Below, piece after piece: positions 46,969-59,761 of a stretch of 64,000 nt of DNA; position 1 is the first letter of the stretch; each line of letters begins with the position of its first letter. Under the pieces are notes generated by a model. The model was not told the DNA's origin and made no database searches. It saw only the letters and a program-made list of their open reading frames with translations. The translations under genes were made by a program, and so were the position numbers. Origin of the DNA: Octopus vulgaris (taxonomy: Eukaryota); assembly GCA_951406725.2 (NCBI GenBank), contig OX597837.1, forward strand, positions 5,456,001 to 5,520,000. Reading direction: 5' to 3'.

Positions 46969-47129
46969 CTGGTTTCTTTTAGTTTCCGTCTACCAAATCT
47001 ACTCACGAGGCTCTGGTATATATATATATATATATAAGGAACGTAAAACTGAGTAGCAACTTTTTGTTATATATGCTGCTTTTAAATAAGATATATGTAT
47101 ATACATACATACATACATACATACATACA

Positions 47130-47165
<36 letters not shown>

Positions 47166-47374
47166 TGTGACCTCGTGTGTACCGTTGGCGATTTCTTTTC
47201 TCTGTCTTCCCTTCTCTGGATCGTTCCTTCTCCTATGTTTCCGACGAAGAGCTCCGCTCGAAACGTTAAGCCCTCCTTCTTTCCTTCTTTCCTGAGCGTC
47301 CAATAATATTATATTTGTTCCACGTCCTCGCGTTGTTGTGTTTTTTTGTGCTTTCTTGTTTGGATTAACTTTAA

Positions 47375-47375
<1 letters not shown>
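47166..47375 (+). mobile_element. About 210-bp element with a hammerhead-like motif (core CCGACGA, motif 47237-47271)
   Basis: GUUU CCGACGA A GAGC-UCC-GCUC GAAA CG UU AAGC; the downstream ttcctgagcgt is shared with family H1. Confidence 0.7.
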
Positions 47376-47439
<64 letters not shown>

Positions 47440-47519
47440 ATGACAGAAAGAAATGTACTTATAATTACATCTCTGTCCGTCTGTATTGCTGTCTCTCTCT
47501 CTATCTCTTTTCTCTCTCC

Positions 47520-47550
<31 letters not shown>

Positions 47551-47602
47551 AGTATGTAATATATATATATACACATATATGCCTACACTCATACATACAT
47601 AC

Positions 47603-47639
<37 letters not shown>

Positions 47640-47716
47640 AACCTATATATATTGATAGAAATGGCAAGACAACAAATGAATGAAAGAGACCTCGATATTA
47701 TGCAAAAAGAGGAATT

Positions 47717-47957
47717 TATCTGTAAATATAATATGTGAAAATTATTCGGTAGCCATGATAAAACTCCGAGTTTCGGATGTCGCGGCGGCAAGCCATGCCG
47801 GCATCTCTCCCGTTATCGGGCCATCGAATCTTTCGCCGCCATTTTTTCGATGTCCCAATAACTGAAGAGACATCGGCGAGGGTTTCCGCCCCGACATCCG
47901 AAACGCGAACTTTTATTATGGCTACTGAATAATTGTCACAAATTATATTTACAGATA
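47717..47957. mobile_element. Palindrome of two arms, each with a decayed hammerhead
   Basis: tatctgtaaatataat...tttcggatgtcg pairs with cgacatccgaaa...attatatttacagata. Right arm has CUGAAGA (47862-47868) and GAAACGCG from 47900. Confidence 0.8.
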
Positions 47958-47978
47958 TATACATATATACATACATAC

Positions 47979-48078
<100 letters not shown>

Positions 48079-48547
48079 ATATATAAAGAGAGACATGTAC
48101 TTATATCCTTATATATATATATATACATACATATATCTATATATCTAGAGAGAGAGAGAGAGAGACGTTGGTGTACTTATAAGTACATTGGTCTCTATAT
48201 ATGAGTGTATATATACATATACATATATATACCCACGCACAAACACACACAGTCGCATAGACACACACGCGCACACATGCGTTCCATATAATGTCATTTA
48301 AATTCCTGTTCCGAAAAATTGGCTTTGTTCCTGGGTAAAGGAAATAATTAGCGTTGTTATTTCAAACAAAACTCGTATCTTATAATTTTTCTTGTTTACT
48401 TCTCCAGAATAGAGAAACTAGTCGATTAGGTCAACGCACTGTCTCGAATAATATGTTATCTGGCCAGATTTTGGATGGCGTCCAATATGGAACAGCCATA
48501 ACAACAAGAAAGGAAATAATGACGGCTGCAACAACAACAACAACGAC

Positions 48548-48621
<74 letters not shown>

Positions 48622-48725
48622 TAATAATAATAATGTTAATAATAATATTAATAAACGCAGAGCTGCGTTCGGTATTGCAGTTAAAGCACGTGATAAAAAT
48701 AAGACTACTGAATAATAATGAAAAC

Positions 48726-48803
<78 letters not shown>

Positions 48804-48994
48804 AATAACAACAACAACAATAATAATAATAAAAAAAAAAAAATAATAATAATAATGAAAGCGTTGAGAAAGTGGCAAGTATTTTGAGAACATATAGACG
48901 CAACGTGACACATGATGTGGAGAAACGATTTTTATATTATACATACATACATACATACATACACACAGATCACACACATATGTCTCTCTCTCTC

Positions 48995-49054
<60 letters not shown>

Positions 49055-49298
49055 TTAATGCGACTACCAATGGTTTCATGTAGACAATAATATCTTAGCA
49101 ATTATCCGTCTTCCACGTGGGAGCGTTGGTATGAGTCACTATTTTTATATGAAACGATTTTTTGTTTTGTTAGCCCACAACTAAATAATATTTAACCACT
49201 AATGCTGTGCTGAAAACTCATTCTCTCTGACCGATATTAGCGTGTATATATATATATTGTTTAAATATTTCTGATTATTTATTAAAATATTACAATTA

Positions 49299-49390
49299 AC
49301 CTGAAGATTGACTGTAACCATAATTCGAATTATTAATTGAATTTAAATTATTGTTATTCGAATTGGTTACGGGCATGAAACGATCGTAGT
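49299..49390 (+). ncRNA. Type-I hammerhead ribozyme with long stem II, inside an AT-rich pLTR-like repeat (about 49050-49600)
   Basis: AC CUGAAGA U UGACUGUAACCAUAAUUCGAAU...AUUCGAAUUGGUUACGGGCA U GAAA CGAUCG UA GU. Palindromic stem III ACGAUCGU; stem I is short. Confidence 0.78.
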
Positions 49391-49792
49391 GTTTTTACTC
49401 TTTATCTTATATTAAACTTTTAATACTTTTTGATAGTTATATAATTAAAAAAAAAAGAAAAAATAAATAAAATAAAATAATAATAATAATAATATATATA
49501 TTTAAAATTTATAAGTTTAAATTATTTAATTAATTTTTTCAATTTTAACTTTTATTTAAATATCTTAATTTGAAATTTTATATTTTTTATATTTTATATT
49601 TTATATTTTTTTAATTAATTTTATTTCTATGTATTGGCTTATGATTTTCACTGTTTGATTTGCCTAATAGTGGTTTTATCGCTAAGTTAATATAATATAT
49701 ATATATAATCAAAATAAGAATTAAGGATATACAGAAGTAATGCAGTACGATCGTTTTATGCGACCCCATTTTGTTGAACAATGTAAACATTA

Positions 49793-49859
<67 letters not shown>

Positions 49860-50398
49860 CATGAATAAAATCTTCGTAAAATCTTGCAATATCCTATACA
49901 ATGCTCGTCTTTAGATATTGAGTAGCTGATGTTATCATTCACCTGAAATCACGTGGATAGAAATTTAGCTTCTTAACCTCACAGAGCATGGTAACTGAAA
50001 GAGAATGATGCCAGAGATTTCACCAACACGGGGATAATTATACTTTTACATAAATTAACAATTTTTTAACATGAGATAAATTTATGAACACGAAATTTTT
50101 ATGCTTATCTGATGAGCTCGCAATGCAATCGAAATCTGCTGTATTTTGTCTGTCGTGCCTCATGAAATATTTTTATATTAGTCAAAAGATTAAAACTGTA
50201 TTCTCTTGTAGACAGACAGCCGCTTAGTCTTGTTCGACATCGTGTTGCGAAAACACTTTCATTTAGAACAGAATGTCGAATGATCCAGGCGTTGAAATAT
50301 CGTGATTGTTGAATCACAGCGGATGTGTTAGCTCCGGTTCCGGTTGACGAAATAGTTCATATAGCTATATAAATCCATGCATCCATCCCTTCACATAC

Positions 50399-50462
<64 letters not shown>

Positions 50463-50594
50463 GTGTATATATATATATATATATATATATGCATGTATGC
50501 GTTTATACACACTCACACACATATGAATAGTGTTATACAAATAAATGTATTTACACGAACATATATGACATATATATATATATGCATGTATATT

Positions 50595-50625
<31 letters not shown>

Positions 50626-50642
50626 ATATATATATGTACGTG

Positions 50643-50701
<59 letters not shown>

Positions 50702-51151
50702 TATTATATGCTTATGTGAGGGTGGGTGTATCCTATGTGTTTCTGAGTGTGTGTACATATGTCTGTATGTCTGTGTGTGTGTTGATAACATCAAATGTGA
50801 CAGTCTGCTCAATACTTACTCTTGGCTGATCACGACTGTCATGATCAGCCCAGGGCTAAATTAGAGTGAACTTTTGTTGTTTGATAGAATAAATATATCG
50901 GGTCCAGTCTGTGAAACGTAAGCAATTTTATATCAGAAACTGTTTGCAAAAGATTTAGCATATATTTCTAAACATTTTACAAGAACTCACATTACCAGAA
51001 GTATATACATATATATATATATATATGTGTATGACTGCGTTTATTTATATTTGTATATATGCATGCATGCATGCATGTATGAATGTATGTATGTATGTAA
51101 GTATGTATGTATTCATGTATGTATGCATGTATGTATGTAATTATGTATGTA

Positions 51152-52435
51152 CGAGGGGCGTTCAATAAGTAATGCCCCTAACCAACTTCCCATAGCAGTA
51201 GAGCAACGAAACTTGGCACAGTTATTAGTCTTTTTCTACATAGGAACCACCCAGAGTTACGCATTTCTCCCATCGTTTGATGCGGCTCTGGAGACCGTTT
51301 TTGTAGAAGAACCCAGCTTGGTCCTCCAACCTCAACGTGACTTCAGAAATCAAGGCTGCATCATCTGGGAAACGCTTTCCTTTCAAAAACAACTTCATGA
51401 TTGGGAAGAGGTGAAAATCAGAGGGTGCAAGGTCAGGAAAGTAGGGGGGATGGGGAGGAGTTCATAGCCATACGCCTGTGCTTCTGATCTGGCGACAAGC
51501 GAGTTGTAGACCGGAGCGTTGTCCTGCAGGAAGAGGAAGCCTTTGCTGATCTTGCCCCGCCTCTTGATTTTGATAACTTCTCTTAATTTCCTCAAAAGTG
51601 AAGCATAATAGGCTCCTGCAATTGTGGTACCCTTTGCCAGGAAATCTGTCATCACTACTTCGTCCTGGTCCCAGAAGACTGTGAGCATGACCTTGCCAGC
51701 GGAGGGCTGCACCCTTGCCTTATTTGGAGGGGGTGAGTCACGGTGCTTCCACTGCATTGACTGGGATTTGGTCTCTGGATCATCGTGATGGACCCAGGTT
51801 TCATCCTGTGTAATCAGACTTTTGAAAAATTTTGACTCATCTTCTTGGCACATCTCCAAATTCACCCTCGAGCACTCGACGCGTTCTTGATTCTGGAAAG
51901 GCGTGAGCAACCTGGGAATCCATCTGGCGGACACCTTTTGAATATGCAAATGGTCATGAATGATAGTTTCCACAGACCCGGTACTAATCTTGACCTCATG
52001 GGCTATTTGGCGAATAATTATGCGTCGATCTTCGAAAATGGCAGCCTCAACTTGACGGACAAATGCCTCATCAATGGCAGAAGGGGGCGACCAGATCTGG
52101 GAGCTGTTTCCACAGAGTTCCGACCATGTTTGAATTCATGATGCCAGCGTTTTACAAGGTCATATGATGGGGCATCATCACCATAAGTTACTTTCATTTC
52201 ATCAAAAGTCTCCCGTGGTGTGCGTCCTTTCAAATACAAAAACCGGATCACTGCTCGACACTCAACAGGCTCCATTTCACACTTGACTCGGTTCAAACAC
52301 CTGTAAATCAGAAACCACAATTAATTCAGAGCTGTAATTTACTCCATAGAGATATCAATGATTGCACATGCCAAATTTCAACTAGATCAAACAACTGCAA
52401 GTGGGTCAGAGGCATTACTTATTGAACGTCCCTCG
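51152..52435 (-). mobile_element. Near full-length mariner transposon (DD34D, irritans-like TIRs), 1284 bp
   Basis: TA TSDs at 51150-51151 and 52436-52437; TIRs cgaggggcgttcaataagtaatgcc and ggcattacttattgaacgtccctcg. Confidence 0.96.
51225..52275 (-). pseudogene. Mariner transposase, frameshifted
   Basis: MEPVECRAVIRFL...PRSGRP, WIPRLL, ITQDETWVHH, LQDNAPVYN, PDLAPSDFHLF, ending ...YVEKD*. Frameshifts near 52085 and 51450. Confidence 0.93.
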
Positions 52436-52547
52436 TATTTATGTATGTATCTATGTATTGTATGTATTTATGTATGTATTCATGTATGTATGTATGTATG
52501 TATGTATGTATTTATGTATGTATTTATGTATATATGTATGTATGTAT

Positions 52548-52663
52548 GTCATTATTCAGTTTATTTCAAGATTTCTAGACAAATGAGAAAGAGCCACTTT
52601 TTAACCTATATCCAAGGTTTCGTCATTTGAATTTCTACCTCAACAATAGGATATTTTTGTATG

Positions 52664-52697
<34 letters not shown>

Positions 52698-52802
52698 TAC
52701 GTACAGATTTGCATGTTTTGTTTTATGTATGTCTTCTCATGCGTATACTTGCATATCTTGACATGCTTAAATATACTTAGATAATAAACTGGAAAGCTTT
52801 GC
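52548..52802 (-). mobile_element. R4/Dong-like LINE 3' end (ORF end, 3'UTR and terminal module)
   Basis: The reverse complement of 52700-52802 matches 63060-63165; 52550-52658 matches 17338-17450 (inverted) and 53035-53140. Runs into (CATA)n. Confidence 0.75.
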
Positions 52803-52805
52803 ATA

Positions 52806-54000
52806 TAGGTAATCATTATAAAACATGAATCCACAAACACTTTTAACTTTCTGAGAATGAGGCAAATAAAAACATGCACATAAAAGCATTTCAAAAATTC
52901 TCAAGCATATGTGTCAAATATACTTTCCTTCATCAGCTGCCAAACGGATACCATTATGGTTTCGCTACCTTGGCAGTACTATTTGATCTGGCGGTCATAC
53001 ACATATGTATGTATGTATTTATGCATGTATGTTAGTATTCAATTTTATTTCAAGATTTCTTGTCAATAGAGAAAGAGCCGGTTTCTAACCTCGATTCAAG
53101 ACTCTTTCATCGGAATTTCAGCAACATCAACACGGTATTTGCATGCATGTGTATATGTGCGCAATAAATGTATGTGGTGTTTCATTCTCATGTAATGCCT
53201 GAGAATTTTTAATAAGCTGTTTAGTGAATGTTGCCTCATTCTCGCAAACTTTAAAGTGTATATTGATATTCACTGAATTACTTCACAGATAAGCTTATTA
53301 GGCATGGATAAGACTTTGTTGATGGTGTCTAGTTTCGGGAGGGCCTGTGGCATATAGATATGCGCATGTATACTTAAATGGTAAACTTCTGGAAAGTTTT
53401 ACAAATTCTTACAGTTCCATTGATGGAATAAATATGTACTCTTCTAATTAACCTTCTCCGTCCTCGTTTTGAGACGCCTAATTTCTCAAAATTGGTACTT
53501 GGGCAGTGTGTTACGTATCTCAGTGTTCCTAAATAATCACAGGTATAGATACTGTTTTGTAAGGATAATTTAATCCTAATTTTCTTAACGTGATGTTCTT
53601 GTTTATAGAAAGAATCAAATATTTGCGTAATATACATACTATGGTCATGGTTCGCCACTGCTGACTCCTATACATAGGTAAGATTTATGTTTTTAAAGTT
53701 ATTGCTACCGCCAGATCAAATAGTACTGTCAAGGTATCGAAACCATTATTGTGTCCGTTTGGCAGCTGATGAAGGAAAGTATATTTGACACATATGCTTG
53801 AGAATTTTTGACATGCTTTTACGTGAATTTTGCCTCATTCTCACTAAGTTAAAAGTGTTTGTAGATTCATGTTTTATAATGATTACCTATACTGATATTT
53901 GCTGAATTACTTCAAAGATAACATATTCGGCATGGATAATACTTAGGTGATGGTGTCTAGTTTTTGGAGGCCTGTGGCATATAGATACATGCAAGCATGC
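52806..54000. mobile_element. pLTR-like cluster with inverted and direct repeats
   Basis: 52806-52995 is the reverse complement of 53707-53889; about 53225-53370 directly repeats about 53825-53995. Contains GAAAC and CUGAUGA hammerhead half-motifs. Confidence 0.7.
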
Positions 54001-54190
54001 ATACATACGTGTGTGTTTTTGTACGTGCTTGGTATATACAAGACATTTGTGCAACTTTGTTGAGAAGCGAGCTGCATGAAACTCGGGTCATCAGTAAGCG
54101 GTCCGCACTACTAATAAATGTCATTTTCTTCGTGTAATTAAGGCATGGCATTTAGATAATCCCCGCGAGCCGCAGCTTTCCAATGACTGG

Positions 54191-54266
<76 letters not shown>

Positions 54267-54340
54267 TGTGTGTGGGTGTGTGTGTGCGTGTGTGTGTATG
54301 TGTATATATGTATATATTCATACATAGAAACGTATGTATG

Positions 54341-54391
<51 letters not shown>

Positions 54392-54568
54392 GTGTGTGTA
54401 ATCATGTATATAGAATGGGTTATTGTTTATAATAAATAAATATATATGCATACACACATACAGACACACATACAAACACACAGAGACATACACGCATATA
54501 TAATATATACAGAATATATATATATATATATATGTACGTATATGTACACTTAAATTTGTATGTTTCAC

Positions 54569-54600
<32 letters not shown>

Positions 54601-55116
54601 GTCTGTATGTCCATGTGTATATGCATGTATGTGCAATTGTCTGCAACACCCACTCCAAACCCAGCCACCCACACCCACACGTACACACGCACACACGCAC
54701 ACATATATACATGCGATAACGGCAGTTAGAAATCTTCAGGAATCTACATGTTTCTAAATACACCGATTCAAAGTCGTATAGATGTTATTTCGATGCAAAT
54801 CTTCTGAATAGCTTCTGGCATGAATCTGGCATCAGACAGCGAACTAACTCATTAGCTAAGTTGATAAGAAGGAATTTGACTTTAAAGCAAAACCAAACAT
54901 TTTCGTCTTCGAGACGAGGAATTTGCACAACACTGTAGTTTGTAAAGGGCAACGAGAATAAAAGTTTTGCGTTTCTACCAATTGATTTCGATGTTGATAC
55001 AGACTAATGAGTCTATTTCATGGAGATCCGTACGTCTGTGATGAAGTGTTTGCTGCAGTGATTACCATGTATTTGTGAACATACATGCACATATATACAT
55101 TATATATATACATACA

Positions 55117-55172
<56 letters not shown>

Positions 55173-55269
55173 CATGTTTGTATGTATGTTTGTATATATG
55201 CATATATCTATGTACATGTATATTTGTACGCACCTGCGCAAACATATATGTATATATATATACATATAC

Positions 55270-55319
<50 letters not shown>

Positions 55320-56110
55320 TTATATATATATATGTATGTACATATATATTTTATATATATATATATATGTATATACATATATATTTATATATATATATAT
55401 ATATATGTATATACATATATATATATAAATATATATATATATGTATATACATATATATACATATATATATATATATGTATATATATGTTATATATATGTG
55501 CTTCTATATCTATATATATCGTTATGTGTACTCCTACGTACATCCACAAAGGTATACACACATATACACACACATGCACACACACACACACACATATATA
55601 CACATACACACACACATATATATATGTGTGCGTCTGTATACAATCACAGGCATACAGACATATACACATATACACATAAGTTACTGGATACATAAATCGA
55701 TATCTTTATATCTACAGCAAGACAGAGACATAGAAAGCAACAGGTACGTAAGTACAGATGTAATTAGGCAAAGAGAAAGTTCTTTTCAGATACACAGAAA
55801 TGGATCCACAAATGACCTACCTGTGGGAAACACCTACCTACGCAAATTACGTACGTTTCTAATTTGTATTTGAACGTGTGTGGACATAAATCTATGTAAT
55901 GACATAATTTTTATCTTTTTATCTTTAATGTCTTTCAATCATTAGCCTACGACCATTCTGGGGGCATTGCTTTGAAGATCTTAGTCGAAATAGAGTGACC
56001 ACAATAATTGCTTGCTTTCAAATCTAGTTATACCATCGGTCAGTTACGGGATGAGAATAAACAAAATCCGGTTGTCAAGCGGATATGGAGACAAACACAT
56101 AGATGTATGT

Positions 56111-56214
<104 letters not shown>

Positions 56215-56275
56215 TTGTGTGTGTGTGTAAGTATATATATGTGTGAATATATGTGTGTGTGTGTGTATGTATATG

Positions 56276-56323
<48 letters not shown>

Positions 56324-56334
56324 TATATATCATC

Positions 56335-56596
56335 CTATTCTCTTACCTGTTTCAGTCATATGACTGTGGCCATGGTGGGGCAACGTCTTTAGTGGAACAA
56401 TTCGACCATCGACGAATTATTCTTTATAAGCCTAGTACATGTTCTATCGGTATATATTGTCGAACCACCATTGCTTCTCAGCCATTCGGTTCTAGGTTCA
56501 GTCCCACTGCATTTCCCCTATGGCAAGTGCTTTATGATAGTCTTGGGTCAACCAACGTATGTGGATTTGGTCGACAGAAACTGAATGAATCCTTTG

Positions 56597-56676
<80 letters not shown>

Positions 56677-57025
56677 GATTTTATCCTTTATATATACTGT
56701 TCTTCATTTCAACGCTTCATACGCTTATTTACATATGACGTAATACATATGTATGTATATGTATGTATATGTATGTAATACATATGTATGTATGGATAGA
56801 TGGATGTATGTGTGTTTGTCTGTCCGTCAACCATCGCTTGGTAACAGGTGTGTTTACGTCCCCGTAACTGCAACCTAGCGATTCGGCAAAAGAGGCATCG
56901 ATAAATTAATACCTTGCTTAAACAAATAATAAGTCCTGGTATCGATTCATTTGACTAAAATACTGCAAGTTTATGCTCCAGCATGGCCGTACTCTACTGA
57001 CTGAAGCAACTAAAAGATGAAAGAG
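56335..57025. mobile_element. Family A SINE pieces: inverted 3' module (56335-56465) and a forward degenerate copy (56470-57025) with an expanded internal microsatellite
   Basis: Recognisable family A head and tail motifs in both orientations. Confidence 0.7.
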
Positions 57026-57378
57026 AAACGATAATAGCTTATATTTTCAATAATATAAAAAAAAATTCTCCAGACATGGCAATTTCCTTTGTAGCATTTA
57101 ACTTTTAAGTAATCGTAAAGAGATGTGTATTAAATGTACTACACAACAAGCAAGGTACGGAAATATATTCGGAGCAATCAATATACAGTTTCTAGATGTG
57201 ACGTTCAGGAGTTTGTCAGTCATAGCATTATTCCCAGAGCCGCTTGATACCTGATACGAAGTTGCAGTGTCAGAGTTTCATTCTGATAATGAAACCGTAA
57301 ATTTTTAAAGCTCTATTGAAACATAGGGAGTCTAGTCTCCATATAAAAGTCGAATAAAGAAATACATAAGGCGTTATT

Positions 57379-57676
57379 GTGTGGAGGCACATGGCTTAGT
57401 GGTTAGAGCAGAGGACTCGCGATCGAGGGATCGCGGGTTAGAATCTCAGACTGGGCAATGTGTGTGTTTATGAGCGAAGCACCTAAGCTCCACGCGGCTC
57501 CGGCAGAGGGTAATGGCGAACTTTTGCTGACTCTCTCGACACAACTTTCTCTCACTCTTCCTTTCTGCATCTTGCAGCTCACCTGCGTCGGACCGGCGTC
57601 CCGTCCAGGTGGGGAACCTATACGCCAATGAAAGCGGGAAACTGGCCCTTATGAGTCAGGCATGGCTCGAGAAGGA
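57379..57676 (+). mobile_element. tRNA-derived SINE (distinct family) with a 15-bp TSD
   Basis: A box tggcttagtgg, B-box-like ggttagaatct; TSD acataaggcgttatt at 57364-57378 and 57677-57691. Confidence 0.92.
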
Positions 57677-58045
57677 ACATAAGGCGTTATTAAGCCATAC
57701 GAAAGACACGATTATGTTCAAAGATACTCTAGGGTTATCTCTACAGATTGACTTATAAAGCTATAATACACTTTCACTGCTGGCTCTAAATTCTTTACTG
57801 AATCTGTAGCGATAAAATTAAAGGTGATTGTGTCGCACTGCTAACACAGAAATGGTACAAATTATTAAGTTGTAAACCATTAATGTACTTAGTAGTTCAT
57901 TTGTAGGGTTCAAAAAATATTCTCATATATTCTATCTCCCATTTCTCTCATTAACCATATACCCACGGACACTGTGAAAGTGAACGTGCTTTACCGGTAA
58001 GCTACCAGGTGTATAACTTACCATTTATTATCTAATAATAATAAA

Positions 58046-58080
<35 letters not shown>

Positions 58081-58081
<1 letters not shown>

Positions 58082-58240
58082 CCATTTAAAAGCACATAAA
58101 AACCGTTAGATTCTCTCCAGCATTTAAATTTAATTTGCCAAAATATTTTCGTCGCATTGAGACCGCGACCAGTTCACTGACCGCAGTCTCAATTTAAACG
58201 TTGAAGTGATTCTAACGGTCTTTGTGTGTTGTTAAATCGC
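58081..58240. mobile_element. Fold-back element enclosing a variant hammerhead
   Basis: atttaaaagcacataaaaaccgttaga pairs imperfectly with tctaacggtctttgtgtgttgttaaat; directly follows (TA)n. Confidence 0.75.
58137..58181 (-). ncRNA. Hammerhead-like motif with a swapped G3-C8 core
   Basis: Minus strand reads GUCA GUGAACU G GUCGC-GGUCUCAAU-GCGAC GAAA AUAU UU UGGC. Confidence 0.6.
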
Positions 58241-58439
58241 TTATAAACACCTTCCACGCTGCAATTGTTTAGATATATTTATAGAGAGACAGACAGACAT
58301 GCGTATATATGTGCGTATGGTCTTGTATGCTTCTACATGTGTACGTACGTACGTATGTATGTATGTATGTATGTATGTATGTATGTATGTATGTATGTAT
58401 GTATGTATGTATGTATGTATGTATAGATGTACTGTTACA

Positions 58440-58620
58440 TGGATTAGTTTTCCTTCTAAACATAAGCAGAAAACATGGAGCTCTTTTAATGTTATCTTGT
58501 TTTTATCGAAGCTTTTCTTTATATCATTTAATGAGTTCCTTGTAGTTTGTTTATAACTGTAAAGTTCTAAGGTGCATAAACATTTAAGGACAACCACTTT
58601 TGATGAAATGATCTCCATTG
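58440..58620 (-). pseudogene. Possible very degenerate Penelope GIY-YIG endonuclease remnant
   Basis: ...DKNKITLK...CLCLEGKL resembles the CxLCLxEK motif of PLE endonucleases; weak match. Confidence 0.3.
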
Positions 58621-59314
58621 GAGTGTGTTTTCTTTCATCTAATGCAAAACCAAAGGGATTTGTGTAGTCGTCTAAACGGCGGTTTTGAATTGTTAACTGT
58701 TGGTATTTCTCCTTTAATAGTCAAGGAGTGGCATTTATTTCTAGTTTGCCTGTATTGTTTGTGATGATTGTATTATTGTGTGATGTTTTTAATATCGCTT
58801 TCATCATTAATCGTTCAAAGGAATTCTACACAGGATGAAAGTAATGTTTACTAAGGTTTTTCCTGTCTTGTATCGCTTCATTTTTCCTGATGTTGTGCAT
58901 TGCAATTGTTCCATGCTGTATAGACAAGGTGAATCACCGAGAAAGTGACGACGTAAATGTTTGGCCATTATAAGAGATGGCGTCATGAAGTTTATATCTT
59001 CCACATTTATTCTCAAATTTACAAATTGTATTGACACTCAATGCTTTATTCACCACCTTGCTGGGTGGATGTTTGTAAATTATCACGAGATCTTTAAAAA
59101 TTCAACCTCAGATATAGACGCATACACATAGTCACCTAACATCCATTTAAAAACAAGGACATACTTGGACGCATACGTACCTAAGCACACAACTAGATAC
59201 ACTTACGAACACATATACGCACACACGTTAACGCACATTTATACATAAATACAAATGCACAAAATATTTAATCACAACTACATACAAACATACACACACA
59301 CATATATATGTATG

Positions 59315-59727
59315 CCTATTTCTTTACTACCCACAAGGGGCTAATCAAAGAGAGGACAAACAAGGACAGAGAAACGGATTAAATCGATTATATCGACCCC
59401 AGTGCTTAACTGGTACTTAATTTATCGAGCCCGAAAGGATGAAAGGCAAAGTCGACCTCGGCGGAATTTGAACTCAGAACGTAACGGCAGACGAAATATC
59501 TATTTCTTTACTACCCACAAGGGGATAAACACAGAGCGGAGAAACAAGGACAGACACACGGATTAAGTCGATTATATCGACCCCAGTGCGTAACTGGGAC
59601 TTAATTTATCGACCCCGAAAGGATGAAAGGCAAAGTCGACCACGGCGGAATTTGAACTCAGAACGTAGCGGCAGACGAAATACGGCTACGCATTTCACCC
59701 GGCGTGCTAACGGTTCTGCCAGTTCGC
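59315..59727 (-). mobile_element. SINE family B with a tandem duplication of its 3' region (about 184 bp)
   Basis: Units 59315-59498 and 59499-59727; the junction taaagaaatagatatttcgtctgccg (minus strand) is like the one at 37920-37944. Confidence 0.92.
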
Positions 59728-59761
59728 AGATGTATACCGTCTAACTGATTACTATTGATAC

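Noticed and set aside
50105-50145. CUGAUGA...GAAA hammerhead candidate
   Set aside because: Stem II is poorly paired and there is no convincing stem I or III; chance or badly decayed.
51225-52275. SETMAR-like host gene
   Set aside because: It has TIRs, TA TSDs and frameshifts and no SET domain, so it is a transposon copy.
57383-57455. tRNA gene (also the family A SINE heads)
   Set aside because: A/B boxes run on into a SINE body bounded by a TSD; no complete cloverleaf with a terminator.
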